Positions 8,628 through 17,400 of a stretch of 53,782 nucleotides of DNA are shown here, piece by piece. The DNA lies in IMG/VR virus record IMGVR_UViG_3300033149_004295, positions 1 through 53,782 of that record. One strand, written 5' to 3'. Each line of letters begins with the position of its first letter. Positions within the stretch are counted from its first letter, which is position 1. The stretch is from a virus. The position numbers and the translations under genes are program-made. Under the pieces are notes generated by a model, which had not been told where the DNA came from, did no database searches, and was given only the letters and a program-made list of their open reading frames with translations.

Positions 8628-10048
8628 AGCTCAACGGACAGGAGGTTGCGGGGATAGAGTGCAACGGGGAGAATATGCTGGCAACGACTGAACTCGACAA
8701 AATTTGCCCCCTTGCGAGCAAAACGTGGAATGAAGCTTTTTCAGAAACGCTTAAAACCGGCAGTTGGAATAACGGGCTGCCGCTTGAAGGAAACAGCTAT
8801 ATAGCGTTTGCGGGGAAGGAAGGCAAGAAAAGGCTTAGGAAGCTTGGGTTAGGACATTTGTATGCAGCGAGTAGAAAATTACCGATATATTTGCTGGGAA
8901 GGGAGGTTTTTGCAGCAGTTGCAAGAGGACAGAAACTACCTAGTGAGGCAATAAAAGAGGTTTTAGAATACTACAATAGCGAGCTTGTGGAAGTAGAAGA
9001 TTATAGCGACCTTGTAGGAGCAGAAAGTTGTATACACTGCAATAAGTCTACCGAGCCAATTGGCGTAGGTGGTTACGAAATAGGGCCTGAAATAGAGTTG
9101 GTAAAAGTGGAGCATCTAGGTAGGGACTATTACGAATATGAAGATGAAGAACATGATCATGACGGTAAATTAATGCCGCTTGAGCTGAGAGAAGTTGATT
9201 TTCACGGAAGCAAGCTGGTCGGCATAAGGGCAAACAATGGAAAAGTCTATGTAGGTGTTGCGTGGGTATGCAGGGGAATTGGGCTAAGTAAATCACAAAT
9301 TAGCTGGCAAAGAAGAAGTATTTTAAGCGATTCTGTACTTAAAAAAGGTGTAGTTAAGATTCCTATACCTACAATATATTGTGGAAGGGTAGAACCTCCC
9401 ACAACATATTGTAGTAATGAATTATCTCCTATGCATAAAAATAAGGAGGAGAAAATTGTTTGCCTAGAACTTGATTTCGTCCCCTTGTGGCTTGCTAAAA
9501 TCAACCCTAGAGACATGAGTCCCGAAGTAAAAGAACGCCTTGAGGAATATCAACTGAAAGCTAAAGACGTGCTTGTCGCAGCATTTCTCAAGAACATACC
9601 TTTGGAAGGATACCTGCGCATGTCTCAAGTGGACAGAGCAATAGCATATTTCCAGCAGCTAAAAAAGAACGAGAAACTCACCAGCCAACTGATGAAAATA
9701 AAGCCTAGATACGACCAGTTCCTAAACGCCCAAAACGCGCAACCTATGAATACGGTAGCAAAAGTATTAGACACCGGCAGCAAACGGCTTTTCAAGTTCC
9801 TGAGAGACAAGGGGATACTTATGAAGAACAATGTTCCCTACCAAAAGTATCTGGACCGTGGGTACTTTGAGGTAAAAGAAAAAAATATAAAAGTAGGTAA
9901 TAAAACTATAACTATATCGCAAACTCTAGTGCTTCCAAAGGGAAAAATTTTTATTTACAAGCTACTGAAAAGGGAACGAAACAAGAATATCAATTTAAAA
10001 GAAAAGGGTGAGATATATGATCAAACGCACGTGCCCCAACTGCAATAA
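8597..10048 (+). CDS. Phage antirepressor (Bro-N/Rha-like central domain plus KilAC/ANT-like C-terminal domain)
   Basis: FHGSKLVGIRANNGKVYVGVAWVCRGIGLS is Bro/ORF6N-like. C-terminal NTVAKVLDTGSKRLFKFLRDKGIL...YFEVKE is KilAC-like. RBS AAAGGAGG. Confidence 0.7.
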   Translation: MQEALFWRTVKLNGQEVAGIECNGENMLATTELDKICPLASKTWNEAFSETLKTGSWNNGLPLEGNSYIAFAGKEGKKRLRKLGLGHLYAASRKLPIYLLGREVFAAVARGQKLPSEAIKEVLEYYNSELVEVEDYSDLVGAESCIHCNKSTEPIGVGGYEIGPEIELVKVEHLGRDYYEYEDEEHDHDGKLMPLELREVDFHGSKLVGIRANNGKVYVGVAWVCRGIGLSKSQISWQRRSILSDSVLKKGVVKIPIPTIYCGRVEPPTTYCSNELSPMHKNKEEKIVCLELDFVPLWLAKINPRDMSPEVKERLEEYQLKAKDVLVAAFLKNIPLEGYLRMSQVDRAIAYFQQLKKNEKLTSQLMKIKPRYDQFLNAQNAQPMNTVAKVLDTGSKRLFKFLRDKGILMKNNVPYQKYLDRGYFEVKEKNIKVGNKTITISQTLVLPKGKIFIYKLLKRERNKNINLKEKGEIYDQTHVPQLQ

Positions 10049-10202
10049 AGACTGGTACAGCGCAGATACCAGCGACTCAGTGTGGATCTGCGGCAGTTGC
10101 GGGGCTGAAATACCCAAGTCCTGCGAAAAGCCGGCAATGGAAAAAGCCGAAAAGCCAAAAATTAGGCCGGAAATTAGGCCGGGCATTAGGAGAATCTTGT
10201 AG
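10017..10202 (+). CDS. Small zinc-ribbon protein
   Basis: CPNC...CGSC motif. ATG at 10017; the track ORF starts at the GTG at 10008. Confidence 0.5.
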   Translation: MIKRTCPNCNKDWYSADTSDSVWICGSCGAEIPKSCEKPAMEKAEKPKIRPEIRPGIRRIL

Positions 10203-10651
10203 TGAACACGGAACTAATGTTCAGTAGCAAAAACCAGGATTGGGAAACCCCTCAATGGCTTTTTGACAAATTAAATAAGGAATTTAACTTTGACTTAGAC
10301 GTTTGTGCGCTGCCAGGCAACGCCAAGTGCACGAAATACTACACTCCCGAGGTTGACGGGTTAAAACAAGAGTGGAAGGGCACTTGTTGGATGAACCCGC
10401 CTTATGGAAGAGAAATCGGTAAATGGGTTGAAAAGGCATACTATGAGAGCTTAAAAGGAGCGATAGTAGTATGCTTAATTCCTGCTCGAACCGATACTGC
10501 GTACTGGCATAACTATTGTATGAAGGCGAGCGAAATCCGACTGATTAAAGGGCGTCTAAAGTTTGGTAATAGTAGAAACTCGGCCCCGTTTCCAAGTGCA
10601 ATAATTGTTTTTAATCCAAAGCAAAAAGAGCTAAAGGTAGTTAGTTACTAG
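10202..10651 (+). CDS. Phage N6-adenine DNA methyltransferase (Dam-like small family)
   Basis: WETPQWLFDKL...DVCA...WMNPPYG (NPPY catalytic motif)...IPARTDT is typical of the phage Dam family. Confidence 0.8.
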   Translation: MNTELMFSSKNQDWETPQWLFDKLNKEFNFDLDVCALPGNAKCTKYYTPEVDGLKQEWKGTCWMNPPYGREIGKWVEKAYYESLKGAIVVCLIPARTDTAYWHNYCMKASEIRLIKGRLKFGNSRNSAPFPSAIIVFNPKQKELKVVSY

Positions 10652-10679
10652 AAAAGGATAAACATACAAGCGACGATAG

Positions 10680-10745
10680 TTTACCAATCCGGGTGCGCTA
10701 AAGCGATAACAAACGGCCAGCAAAGGCCGCGCAAGCGGCCTTTGG
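10680..10745. repeat. 66-bp element; inverted copy at 49875-49942. Contains a 10-bp GC stem with a GCAA tetraloop.
   Basis: tttaccaatccgggtgcgctaaagcgataacaaacggccagcaaaggccgcgcaagcggcctttgg matches the reverse complement of 49875-49942, with 4 substitutions and a 2-nt indel. Confidence 0.9.
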
Positions 10746-10802
10746 AGTAAAAGTATCAAATGTGTAGTCTATAAGCATTGAACGCGAAAGGAGAGTTACT
10801 GT

Positions 10803-12071
10803 TTGGTTGATATAAAGTGTCGCTTTTGTGGTTCTGAATCATATAGAGAAAAACCTCATTACTTGCATGGTGCTGGATTGTACTGTACCGAATGCGGCAA
10901 ATTTATAAAGTGGAAAGGCAAAGGTAACAAAAAGAAGAGACGAAACATTAAGTTTACGCACGAGCTGGAAAGAGAGAGAAGGAGGATAGCACGAGTGTTT
11001 GTGGATAGTATTGCTCGCATACTAGGACGAATAATAGATAAAAAAGGTACTTTAGTTTATCAGTCTAAAGCCGAAAGAAGAATGTATGTAAGGTTAATGA
11101 AGCTGTTAAGAAAATACGATTTATCCCTGTCCAAATTTGAAAAAATGGGCATATATTTCCCCATATACAGCGAACAGTTGAATGACATAATCTATCTTGC
11201 TTCTTCCGATAGAGAAGCAAAAATTCTAAGAGAGCACGGAAAAATACCTTATACTGCCCGTGAATTGTCTATACTGCTGCAAACCGAACCTACTAAGAAA
11301 GAGTTAATAAAGCTGCACGGACTCAAGAAAAAGTTTAAAGGGGAATTTGTGCTTGGCGAGAAAGAGGCTGAGGAACTGTTTGCCGGCAGGTCGGACCGGG
11401 AAGTGCCGGTTGAAGAGTTTAAAAAATATCCCGACCTGACTGACTTCCCTTATATAGCAGGTAATAGAACTAAAACAAACCCTGACGAAATAGGCAGCAG
11501 GATAAGGAAATTATCAATGATTAAAAAGCAAATAGCCAACTGCCGTCGGTGTCGTCTTTGCGACAAAAGGACAAAGCCGGTCCCGGGGGAAGGCAACCCA
11601 ATGTCGTATATCATGTTCATAGGCGAGGCCCCGGGAGAACAGGAGGACGCTTCCGGAAGTCCGTTTGTTGGCCGCGCCGGTTTGGTGCTCGACGCAATGA
11701 TTAACTACATGGGGCTAAAGCGCAAACAAGTGTTCATAACCAATATTATAAAGTGCCGGCCTCCGAACAACAGGAACCCGCTTGACGACGAGGTAAAGAC
11801 TTGCAAAAGGTATTTAAAGCAGCAAATAGCGGTGTTAGATCCGGCTTTGATAGTTACTCTCGGGAAATCTGCCCTCCAGTGGTTTTTCCCGGGCGAGTCG
11901 GTAAAGAGTGCACGCGGCAAAATAAAAATGTTCGGGAAAAGGGCGATTTTCCCGACGTTTCACCCAGCGGCTACTTTATACAATAAGGAATTAGAAGAAA
12001 AACTAAGAGAGGATTTTAGAACTCTAATGTTGTGGTACCAAAGAGAAAGAGGGGTAGAAAATATCCGGTAA
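10803..12071 (+). CDS. Family-4 uracil-DNA glycosylase (SPO1 DNA-polymerase-related type) fused to a ~240-aa N-terminal zinc-ribbon extension
   Basis: C-terminal CRRCRLC...GEGNP...MFIGEAPG..E...G.PFVGRAG...[11 protein letters not shown]...FHPA is the UDG4 signature. The N-terminus carries CRFCG...CTECG. Confidence 0.8.
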   Translation: MVDIKCRFCGSESYREKPHYLHGAGLYCTECGKFIKWKGKGNKKKRRNIKFTHELERERRRIARVFVDSIARILGRIIDKKGTLVYQSKAERRMYVRLMKLLRKYDLSLSKFEKMGIYFPIYSEQLNDIIYLASSDREAKILREHGKIPYTARELSILLQTEPTKKELIKLHGLKKKFKGEFVLGEKEAEELFAGRSDREVPVEEFKKYPDLTDFPYIAGNRTKTNPDEIGSRIRKLSMIKKQIANCRRCRLCDKRTKPVPGEGNPMSYIMFIGEAPGEQEDASGSPFVGRAGLVLDAMINYMGLKRKQVFITNIIKCRPPNNRNPLDDEVKTCKRYLKQQIAVLDPALIVTLGKSALQWFFPGESVKSARGKIKMFGKRAIFPTFHPAATLYNKELEEKLREDFRTLMLWYQRERGVENIR

Positions 12072-12129
12072 AAAACTTAATTATCTTTTTTGTGAGGTAT
12101 ACTTTATGCGGGAATGTTCGGCCACATCG

Positions 12130-12426
12130 TTAAGTAGTGAAAAAAACAAGGCTGGTAATAAATTCTCTACTACAATCCTTATCTTTCTTCGAGAGGCATT
12201 TATCTAGTTCAGCTCCTATTTTTCTTGGAGAAACAGCGCGGCGGCCATAGGGACACCAGCAATCTCCCGCTGCCATTTCCTCAGCAGCGGAAATAATCTC
12301 TTCTCTCTTATCATTCGTAATTGTTTCCCAATTCTCTTCTTCAACTGCAAGAAAAAGTTCTCTTAGGTTGTCGATTAACTTGTCTGTTTTATCTACACCA
12401 AGTTTACACAAGCTGATTTCGGCCAT
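12130..12426 (-). CDS. Hypothetical protein (last gene of the minus-strand late operon)
   Basis: 98-aa ORF, co-directional with upstream genes. Confidence 0.5.
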   Translation of the reverse strand: MAEISLCKLGVDKTDKLIDNLRELFLAVEEENWETITNDKREEIISAAEEMAAGDCWCPYGRRAVSPRKIGAELDKCLSKKDKDCSREFITSLVFFTT

Positions 12427-12441
12427 TGAGCATAACCCTCC

Positions 12442-13128
12442 TTACTTTTTTAGCAAAAACGATATAGCGGCTCCAGCGGCAAGTCCGGTGCCGACTCCAA
12501 CCGCTACCCAGGCCCATTTAGGCAGCGTAATGCCGAAGAATGTCCATGTATCCTTATCTTCCTCCGGCGGCGTGGGCGGCGTAGGTGGAGTTGGAGGCGT
12601 TGGCGGCGAAGGCGGTTCTTCCTCACCGCATACTATATTAAGGGTACTGTAAGTCTCCGGGCCTACAATACCGTCTTTAAGTCCAAGGTTTTTGTCAGCT
12701 TGAAACAGTAACACAAAAGCCTCCGTCTTAGCGTCGTAAATATCGTTCTCGATAAGCCGGCTAAAGCAAGCCTGCGGTGACGGAACTTCTGCAAGGTTTA
12801 TATTAAGTTTTCTTTGCACTTCTTCGACTATGCTGCCGGCTGATCCTCTCGACAGGATCGGCCCGTTGGGGTCCATACCCAGAGCCGCGTAAGTTTCCGG
12901 GCCAACTATTCCGTCTTTATACTGTAAACCTATTTTATCCTGGAATAGCAGCACAAAAGCCTCGGTGCGCGGACCGAACAAACCGTCTGCGCTGAGTATT
13001 GGCACGCACAGCTCCGAATCTGAAGCGAAGTAGGCGTTTAACTGTTCCTTGACTACCCTAACGGCGTTGTGTACGGTGCCTTTTTTCAGTATAGGGCACG
13101 TTTTTATATACTTTTCAGGCAGGGCCAT
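12442..13128 (-). CDS. Membrane-anchored protein with two PG_binding_1-type peptidoglycan-binding repeats
   Basis: The motif GLFGPRTEAFVLLFQ...DGIVGPETY occurs twice. A PPSPPTPPTPPTPPTPP linker and a C-terminal TM helix (WAWVAVGVGTGLAAGAAISFLL) follow. Confidence 0.75.
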   Translation of the reverse strand: MALPEKYIKTCPILKKGTVHNAVRVVKEQLNAYFASDSELCVPILSADGLFGPRTEAFVLLFQDKIGLQYKDGIVGPETYAALGMDPNGPILSRGSAGSIVEEVQRKLNINLAEVPSPQACFSRLIENDIYDAKTEAFVLLFQADKNLGLKDGIVGPETYSTLNIVCGEEEPPSPPTPPTPPTPPTPPEEDKDTWTFFGITLPKWAWVAVGVGTGLAAGAAISFLLKK

Positions 13129-13146
13129 TATGAACCCTCCTTTAAA

Positions 13147-13554
13147 TTATCTCTTGCATAAATCAATTAATATTAGGTCAATAATTTCAATACCAGCAGG
13201 TGTTTCTTCTTCTTTTAGTTTGTTGGCGAAGCTTGAACCGAATGAATCAGCCACGTCGAAAAGAAACTTGTCTTTTTCCTTTTGTTCTTTTTTGTTTTTA
13301 ATGCTGCCTAAATATGTTGAAAATTTTTTATCGGTAAGTGATCCATAGCATTTTAACGGCTTCTTTTCTTCGTCCTTACCGTCGAATATGGCGAGGTTTT
13401 CGCCATTGCATTTACATAGCGTCAGGTAGCCTTCAACATCTCGGCCAGATACAGGTTCTCGTAGACAGCTACAAGAAACTTTCTTTGGCATTGCGTCAAT
13501 GTCCGCTACCTTCAGCAGTACATCCATAACCGAGGTAAATTCCATTTGCGGCAT
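13147..13554 (-). CDS. Hypothetical protein
   Basis: 135-aa ORF in the operon; Cys-rich N-terminal half. Confidence 0.5.
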   Translation of the reverse strand: MPQMEFTSVMDVLLKVADIDAMPKKVSCSCLREPVSGRDVEGYLTLCKCNGENLAIFDGKDEEKKPLKCYGSLTDKKFSTYLGSIKNKKEQKEKDKFLFDVADSFGSSFANKLKEEETPAGIEIIDLILIDLCKR

Positions 13555-13568
13555 ATTAATACCTCCCG

Positions 13569-14171
13569 CTATTGTTTAAGTAAATAAATTGTACCTAGTA
13601 AAGCGGCAGCAATTGCTATCCATAATAAAATTTTGTTTTTCTCAATGCCAGGTACACTCGTATTAATAATATTATTTGTGTGGTATGCAACCTTCTGCGC
13701 GTATTCTTCCGGAGGGCTTACCGTCCACAGGTGTGCTATATCAACGAGCCTGTCCGCCGATCCAACATTCTCCATTAGCCAGTAGTATCGCCAATGTCCG
13801 TGATTTTTGTCATATTTTCCGCAATCCGGGTTAGGGCACTCGGGGTACACATAGCCTGCAAGCCTCTCAAAGTGAGCATGCACGCCTTGCTCCCAGGAGT
13901 CAAACCTTTGTCCCGCTCCCGGAGTGCCTATAACGTCCAGTCCGGCGGGGTTATGCCACTCAGGTTGAGCAGTACCGGTAAACAATAAAAAATTAGTTTC
14001 GTGTACCATCTGCCCTGCCGCTATGTCGTGCCTTATGTTAAATTTCCTGCCGAATTTGACGTAGTATTCTCCAAGCCTCGGCGCATCCGGGTTTCTGGTC
14101 GCCACGTAGCTGTCTATTTGCTCGGCTTTTACTCCTGAAGTACCTATAAGGGACGTATATATATCAACCAC
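13569..14171 (-). CDS. Glucosaminidase-family (LytD/FlgJ-like) peptidoglycan hydrolase with a C-terminal TM anchor
   Basis: AAGQMVHETNFLLF...NPAGL... resembles the glucosaminidase core. C-terminal helix LLWIAIAAALLGTIYLL. Confidence 0.6.
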   Translation of the reverse strand: MVDIYTSLIGTSGVKAEQIDSYVATRNPDAPRLGEYYVKFGRKFNIRHDIAAGQMVHETNFLLFTGTAQPEWHNPAGLDVIGTPGAGQRFDSWEQGVHAHFERLAGYVYPECPNPDCGKYDKNHGHWRYYWLMENVGSADRLVDIAHLWTVSPPEEYAQKVAYHTNNIINTSVPGIEKNKILLWIAIAAALLGTIYLLKQ

Positions 14172-14183
14172 GTTAAATCATCC

Positions 14184-15188
14184 TCAATACCTGTAATTGC
14201 CGGTGAGCACGTCTGTTATAAATCGACCGTATATTGCAGGATCTACATTCTTGTTGGCATAGAAATAATATCCTCCCTTTTTGATTACAAAGCTGGAGAA
14301 AATTTTCGGGTAGACATATTCATCTTCTGATACGTAATAGTTCGGAGTAAGTTCCGGAGGTATTACTCCTGGAAGGACTAGACTTCTTTCGTATATAAAA
14401 CTAGGGTCAATGTCGTGAGTGTCGAAATGCGCGCCTTCCCCTATTATGAAGCCGGGCGCGAGTTCTTCAATGTCTAAGTATTCGCCGAATACTATAGCAA
14501 AGGACTTGGGGTTTCCGAATATGGGCAGCGTCCCGTATGGCACGTCGCCGTAATAAAAGGGCCAGTCGGTGTAGTCAATCCACACACCGCCGCGACTTAT
14601 GAAGTTTGCTAGGTCTACTAAATCGTTTAAACCGATTGGGCCGGCGGCGGGGAGGACCTCACCGCCCATGTTAAGCACGTAGTTACCTTCCCGGAAATTC
14701 GGTAGTCCTCTTACCACAGGCTCAATTATAGCCAGTAATTCGTCACGTACAGTTGTTGAAACCGACCGGACGGGCGACACGTTTCTTGGGTATAAAGGAA
14801 TTACTGCTCTACCCGGAATTAGCCGCTCTACGAGGATACTTCTTGAAGTAGATCTAGTATTTCCGTCATCATCCTCAACCGTAAGTGTTATGGCATAAGT
14901 GCCTTCTTCCTGGTACGAATGGGTTACCACTTGTCCCGATAATTGCGTGCCGTCCCCCATATCCCAGGTGTATCTCCTAATTGAGCCGTCCGGATCATAG
15001 GAACTTGACGCGTCAAAAGTCAATTCTTCCATTTCCTCTACCGGAGGCGTGGGACTAATAGAAAATTGGGGCACGGGCGGCTTGCCTCTACCCGGGATGC
15101 CTATGTCTCCTTTTAAATATTTATACAGCAGGTACGAAGCACCCACACCTGCGGATACAATGGCTACATTTCTCCAGTTTACGGCCAT
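14184..15188 (-). CDS. N-terminally anchored PKD-domain protein
   Basis: N-terminal TM helix VAIVSAGVGASYLLY. FDASSSYDPDGSIRRYTWDMGDGT...HSY...GTYAITLTVEDDDG is a canonical PKD domain. Confidence 0.75.
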   Translation of the reverse strand: MAVNWRNVAIVSAGVGASYLLYKYLKGDIGIPGRGKPPVPQFSISPTPPVEEMEELTFDASSSYDPDGSIRRYTWDMGDGTQLSGQVVTHSYQEEGTYAITLTVEDDDGNTRSTSRSILVERLIPGRAVIPLYPRNVSPVRSVSTTVRDELLAIIEPVVRGLPNFREGNYVLNMGGEVLPAAGPIGLNDLVDLANFISRGGVWIDYTDWPFYYGDVPYGTLPIFGNPKSFAIVFGEYLDIEELAPGFIIGEGAHFDTHDIDPSFIYERSLVLPGVIPPELTPNYYVSEDEYVYPKIFSSFVIKKGGYYFYANKNVDPAIYGRFITDVLTGNYRY

Positions 15189-15223
15189 ATTTAACCACTT
15201 CCTTGGTCTTTATTTCGCCGCCC

Positions 15224-15436
15224 TTAAAGTGAGTCAGAGTTATTATTCTGATTCTTAACCGCTTCCTTGTCAACGATTGCTTCGCCGATTATATAAGCAA
15301 CAATAGGCAAGACAACAGCAAGCATTGACTCTACATCAAGCTCGATACCAGTATAGTAATTAATAAACATTACCAAAGCTGTTAATATAGCGGCCCAAAA
15401 CTTGCGGGATTTCAGCGGATGTTTACGCTCTTCCAT
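15224..15436 (-). CDS. Putative holin (two TM helices)
   Basis: 70 aa with two hydrophobic segments (FWAAILTALVMFINYY and MLAVVLPIVAYIIGEAIV) and a charged C-terminus. Confidence 0.5.
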   Translation of the reverse strand: MEERKHPLKSRKFWAAILTALVMFINYYTGIELDVESMLAVVLPIVAYIIGEAIVDKEAVKNQNNNSDSL

Positions 15437-15480
15437 TAGATGGACCCCCCCTTTCCATATTTAGCAATTTTACTCAACTC

Positions 15481-15813
15481 TTATCTACTGGCCACTATCT
15501 CAATTTCGTTATCATTGGCTGCTGTCGTCTCTACTTTTATATATCTATACGCATTGTCATAGCCACGATGTTCTTCTCCTGCGCTAGTTAGACTTATTGT
15601 ATCTGTTTTCCTGTATTCAATTCCGTCTTTAGAGCCTGATACGATAAAATCAGCAGCTCCGGAACTTTTTACCCAAACCTCTACTTTAATTCTGCCACCC
15701 CATTCTCCTGTATCTAGTATTACGGTAAGAGGTGCTCCGGTTGATGAGTCACTAGCACTTATTGGCTTGAAAAACTGCGCTATATTTTTGAGGCCAATAC
15801 CCACTTTTATCAC
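15481..15813 (-). CDS. Hypothetical beta-rich protein
   Basis: 110-aa ORF between the adhesin-like genes and the holin-like gene. Confidence 0.5.
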   Translation of the reverse strand: MIKVGIGLKNIAQFFKPISASDSSTGAPLTVILDTGEWGGRIKVEVWVKSSGAADFIVSGSKDGIEYRKTDTISLTSAGEEHRGYDNAYRYIKVETTAANDNEIEIVASR

Positions 15814-15818
15814 CTCGT

Positions 15819-17384
15819 TTATTCAACTGACCGTCCTTCTGGCGGCCAGGTACCGACTACTGTTTCTATTTCAAGTACCCAAGGTCCGACGTGTCCTTTA
15901 GAGGGTAAGTCCGACTGTCCACACCGGACGTAGCCAGTGCTCAGGATTTCAGATACATCTCTGACCCGTGATGTACCTGCACCTGGTAAATCTGATTTAT
16001 CTGAGAAAGGTATGATACCAGTAGAAGGTAAATTTATACCAGTATTTACACTTCCTGTTGAGTACAGGTCTGAAATCTGATGCACTATTCCGGATGAGCG
16101 TAGCCACATGCTATTTAAGTGTCCGCGCGAAGGAAGTTCATTGGCTGCTCCACTAATATATCCACCAGACATTAGATCATCTTTACTATAGACACGTGGA
16201 TTTCCGCTACTAGGTAAATCGTCGTAATAACCGTCAACCACACCTTTTGAGGCTAGTTCATTAGCAGCTCCACTCACATAACCCGAGGCTGTTAAGGCGT
16301 TCTCACTAGGTACACGCGGCTGACCCACAGAAGGTAGGTCATTGTGTTCTAATATATATCCTCTGCTAGACAAGTCGGCTTCTCCAGATATGCGTGGGGT
16401 ACCTGTAGACGGAATATCCCGGCGTGAAACAGCACCTTGGCCGGAGAAGTCATCGGCGACACGGGTTCCTCGAATGATTCCTACGGATTCTAGGTCACTA
16501 ATCTGTCGAACAGTTCCGATTGAAAAAATATCTTTCCTTGATACAGCTCCGAGCGAGTTTAAATCATTATCCGCCGCTATAGCACCTACTACTATTCCGG
16601 TAGAAGGTAGGTCCAACCAGGCATATCCAATTACTCTGCCTGTCGAAAAAAGCTCATTATTTTCCTTTGAAGCGTCAGGATCGTAGTAGGTCACAAGAAG
16701 TTGTGGACGCATTACCGCTTCGGGCCATTCTCTGGAAGTATAGACAGAATGTGCTTGAATCTGCTCATCAACGGCTAAAATCATTATACCGTTATTTGCC
16801 CTGGTCTGTTTATACCAACCGAGAAACAGGCCGGTAATATCGAGGTCAACGACTTCACTAACAAGGGCCTGGTTTTCGGCAACCGGGTAACGTCCGGGCT
16901 GGTTTGCCCAGGTGACGCCAAGTTCTTCCCACGAGCCAAGGAGGTTGTATGCTGCTATTTCTCCCACCTTTGTTATTCTGGCGAATAGTCTTAACTTAGC
17001 AGAAATAATGTCCAAATCAGTTCGCAAAGTCGAAATATCAAATTGTAGTAGTGCTCGACTCAATTTTGAATTGTATCTACCAATAACTAGGTCAACCACA
17101 TCCCCGTAGTTGATAGTGGGTTTGGCATCTGTAATAAAGGCGTCAGCCACCGGTGTAATGACTACGGTTGTCTTTGGACGTTCAAGTATTTCGTATTGAA
17201 CTATTAAGCTGCCATGAATAGCAATATGTCCAACTGAAGGTAGATTGCCATGTTGGTTTACTTTACCTGTAGAGTTTAGGTCAGAAGCTCCTATTGGCAA
17301 TACTTGGTAAGTCAGTTCAAGACTACCGGTTAGGTTTATTGGTAATACTTGGTAAATCAGTTCAAGGCTACCGGTAACACTCAT
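15819..17384 (-). CDS. DNRLRE-domain protein with tandem ~20-aa (D)LPS(T/S/R)G repeats; fibre or adhesin-like
   Basis: DAFITDAKPTINYGD...SRALLQFDIS...ISAKLRLF...WEELGVTWANQPG matches the DNRLRE domain pattern. At least 10 LPSxG-type repeats follow. Confidence 0.65.
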   Translation of the reverse strand: MSVTGSLELIYQVLPINLTGSLELTYQVLPIGASDLNSTGKVNQHGNLPSVGHIAIHGSLIVQYEILERPKTTVVITPVADAFITDAKPTINYGDVVDLVIGRYNSKLSRALLQFDISTLRTDLDIISAKLRLFARITKVGEIAAYNLLGSWEELGVTWANQPGRYPVAENQALVSEVVDLDITGLFLGWYKQTRANNGIMILAVDEQIQAHSVYTSREWPEAVMRPQLLVTYYDPDASKENNELFSTGRVIGYAWLDLPSTGIVVGAIAADNDLNSLGAVSRKDIFSIGTVRQISDLESVGIIRGTRVADDFSGQGAVSRRDIPSTGTPRISGEADLSSRGYILEHNDLPSVGQPRVPSENALTASGYVSGAANELASKGVVDGYYDDLPSSGNPRVYSKDDLMSGGYISGAANELPSRGHLNSMWLRSSGIVHQISDLYSTGSVNTGINLPSTGIIPFSDKSDLPGAGTSRVRDVSEILSTGYVRCGQSDLPSKGHVGPWVLEIETVVGTWPPEGRSVE

Positions 17385-17400
17385 AGTTTAGGATACCTCT

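Noticed and set aside
9684-9700. Additional CTGATGA occurrences (for example near 9690, and reverse-strand copies near 481, 24900 and 28975) as further hammerheads
   Set aside because: They lie inside well-supported coding regions. They lack the flanking GAAA, a stem III hairpin with U-H, and stem I/II pairing.
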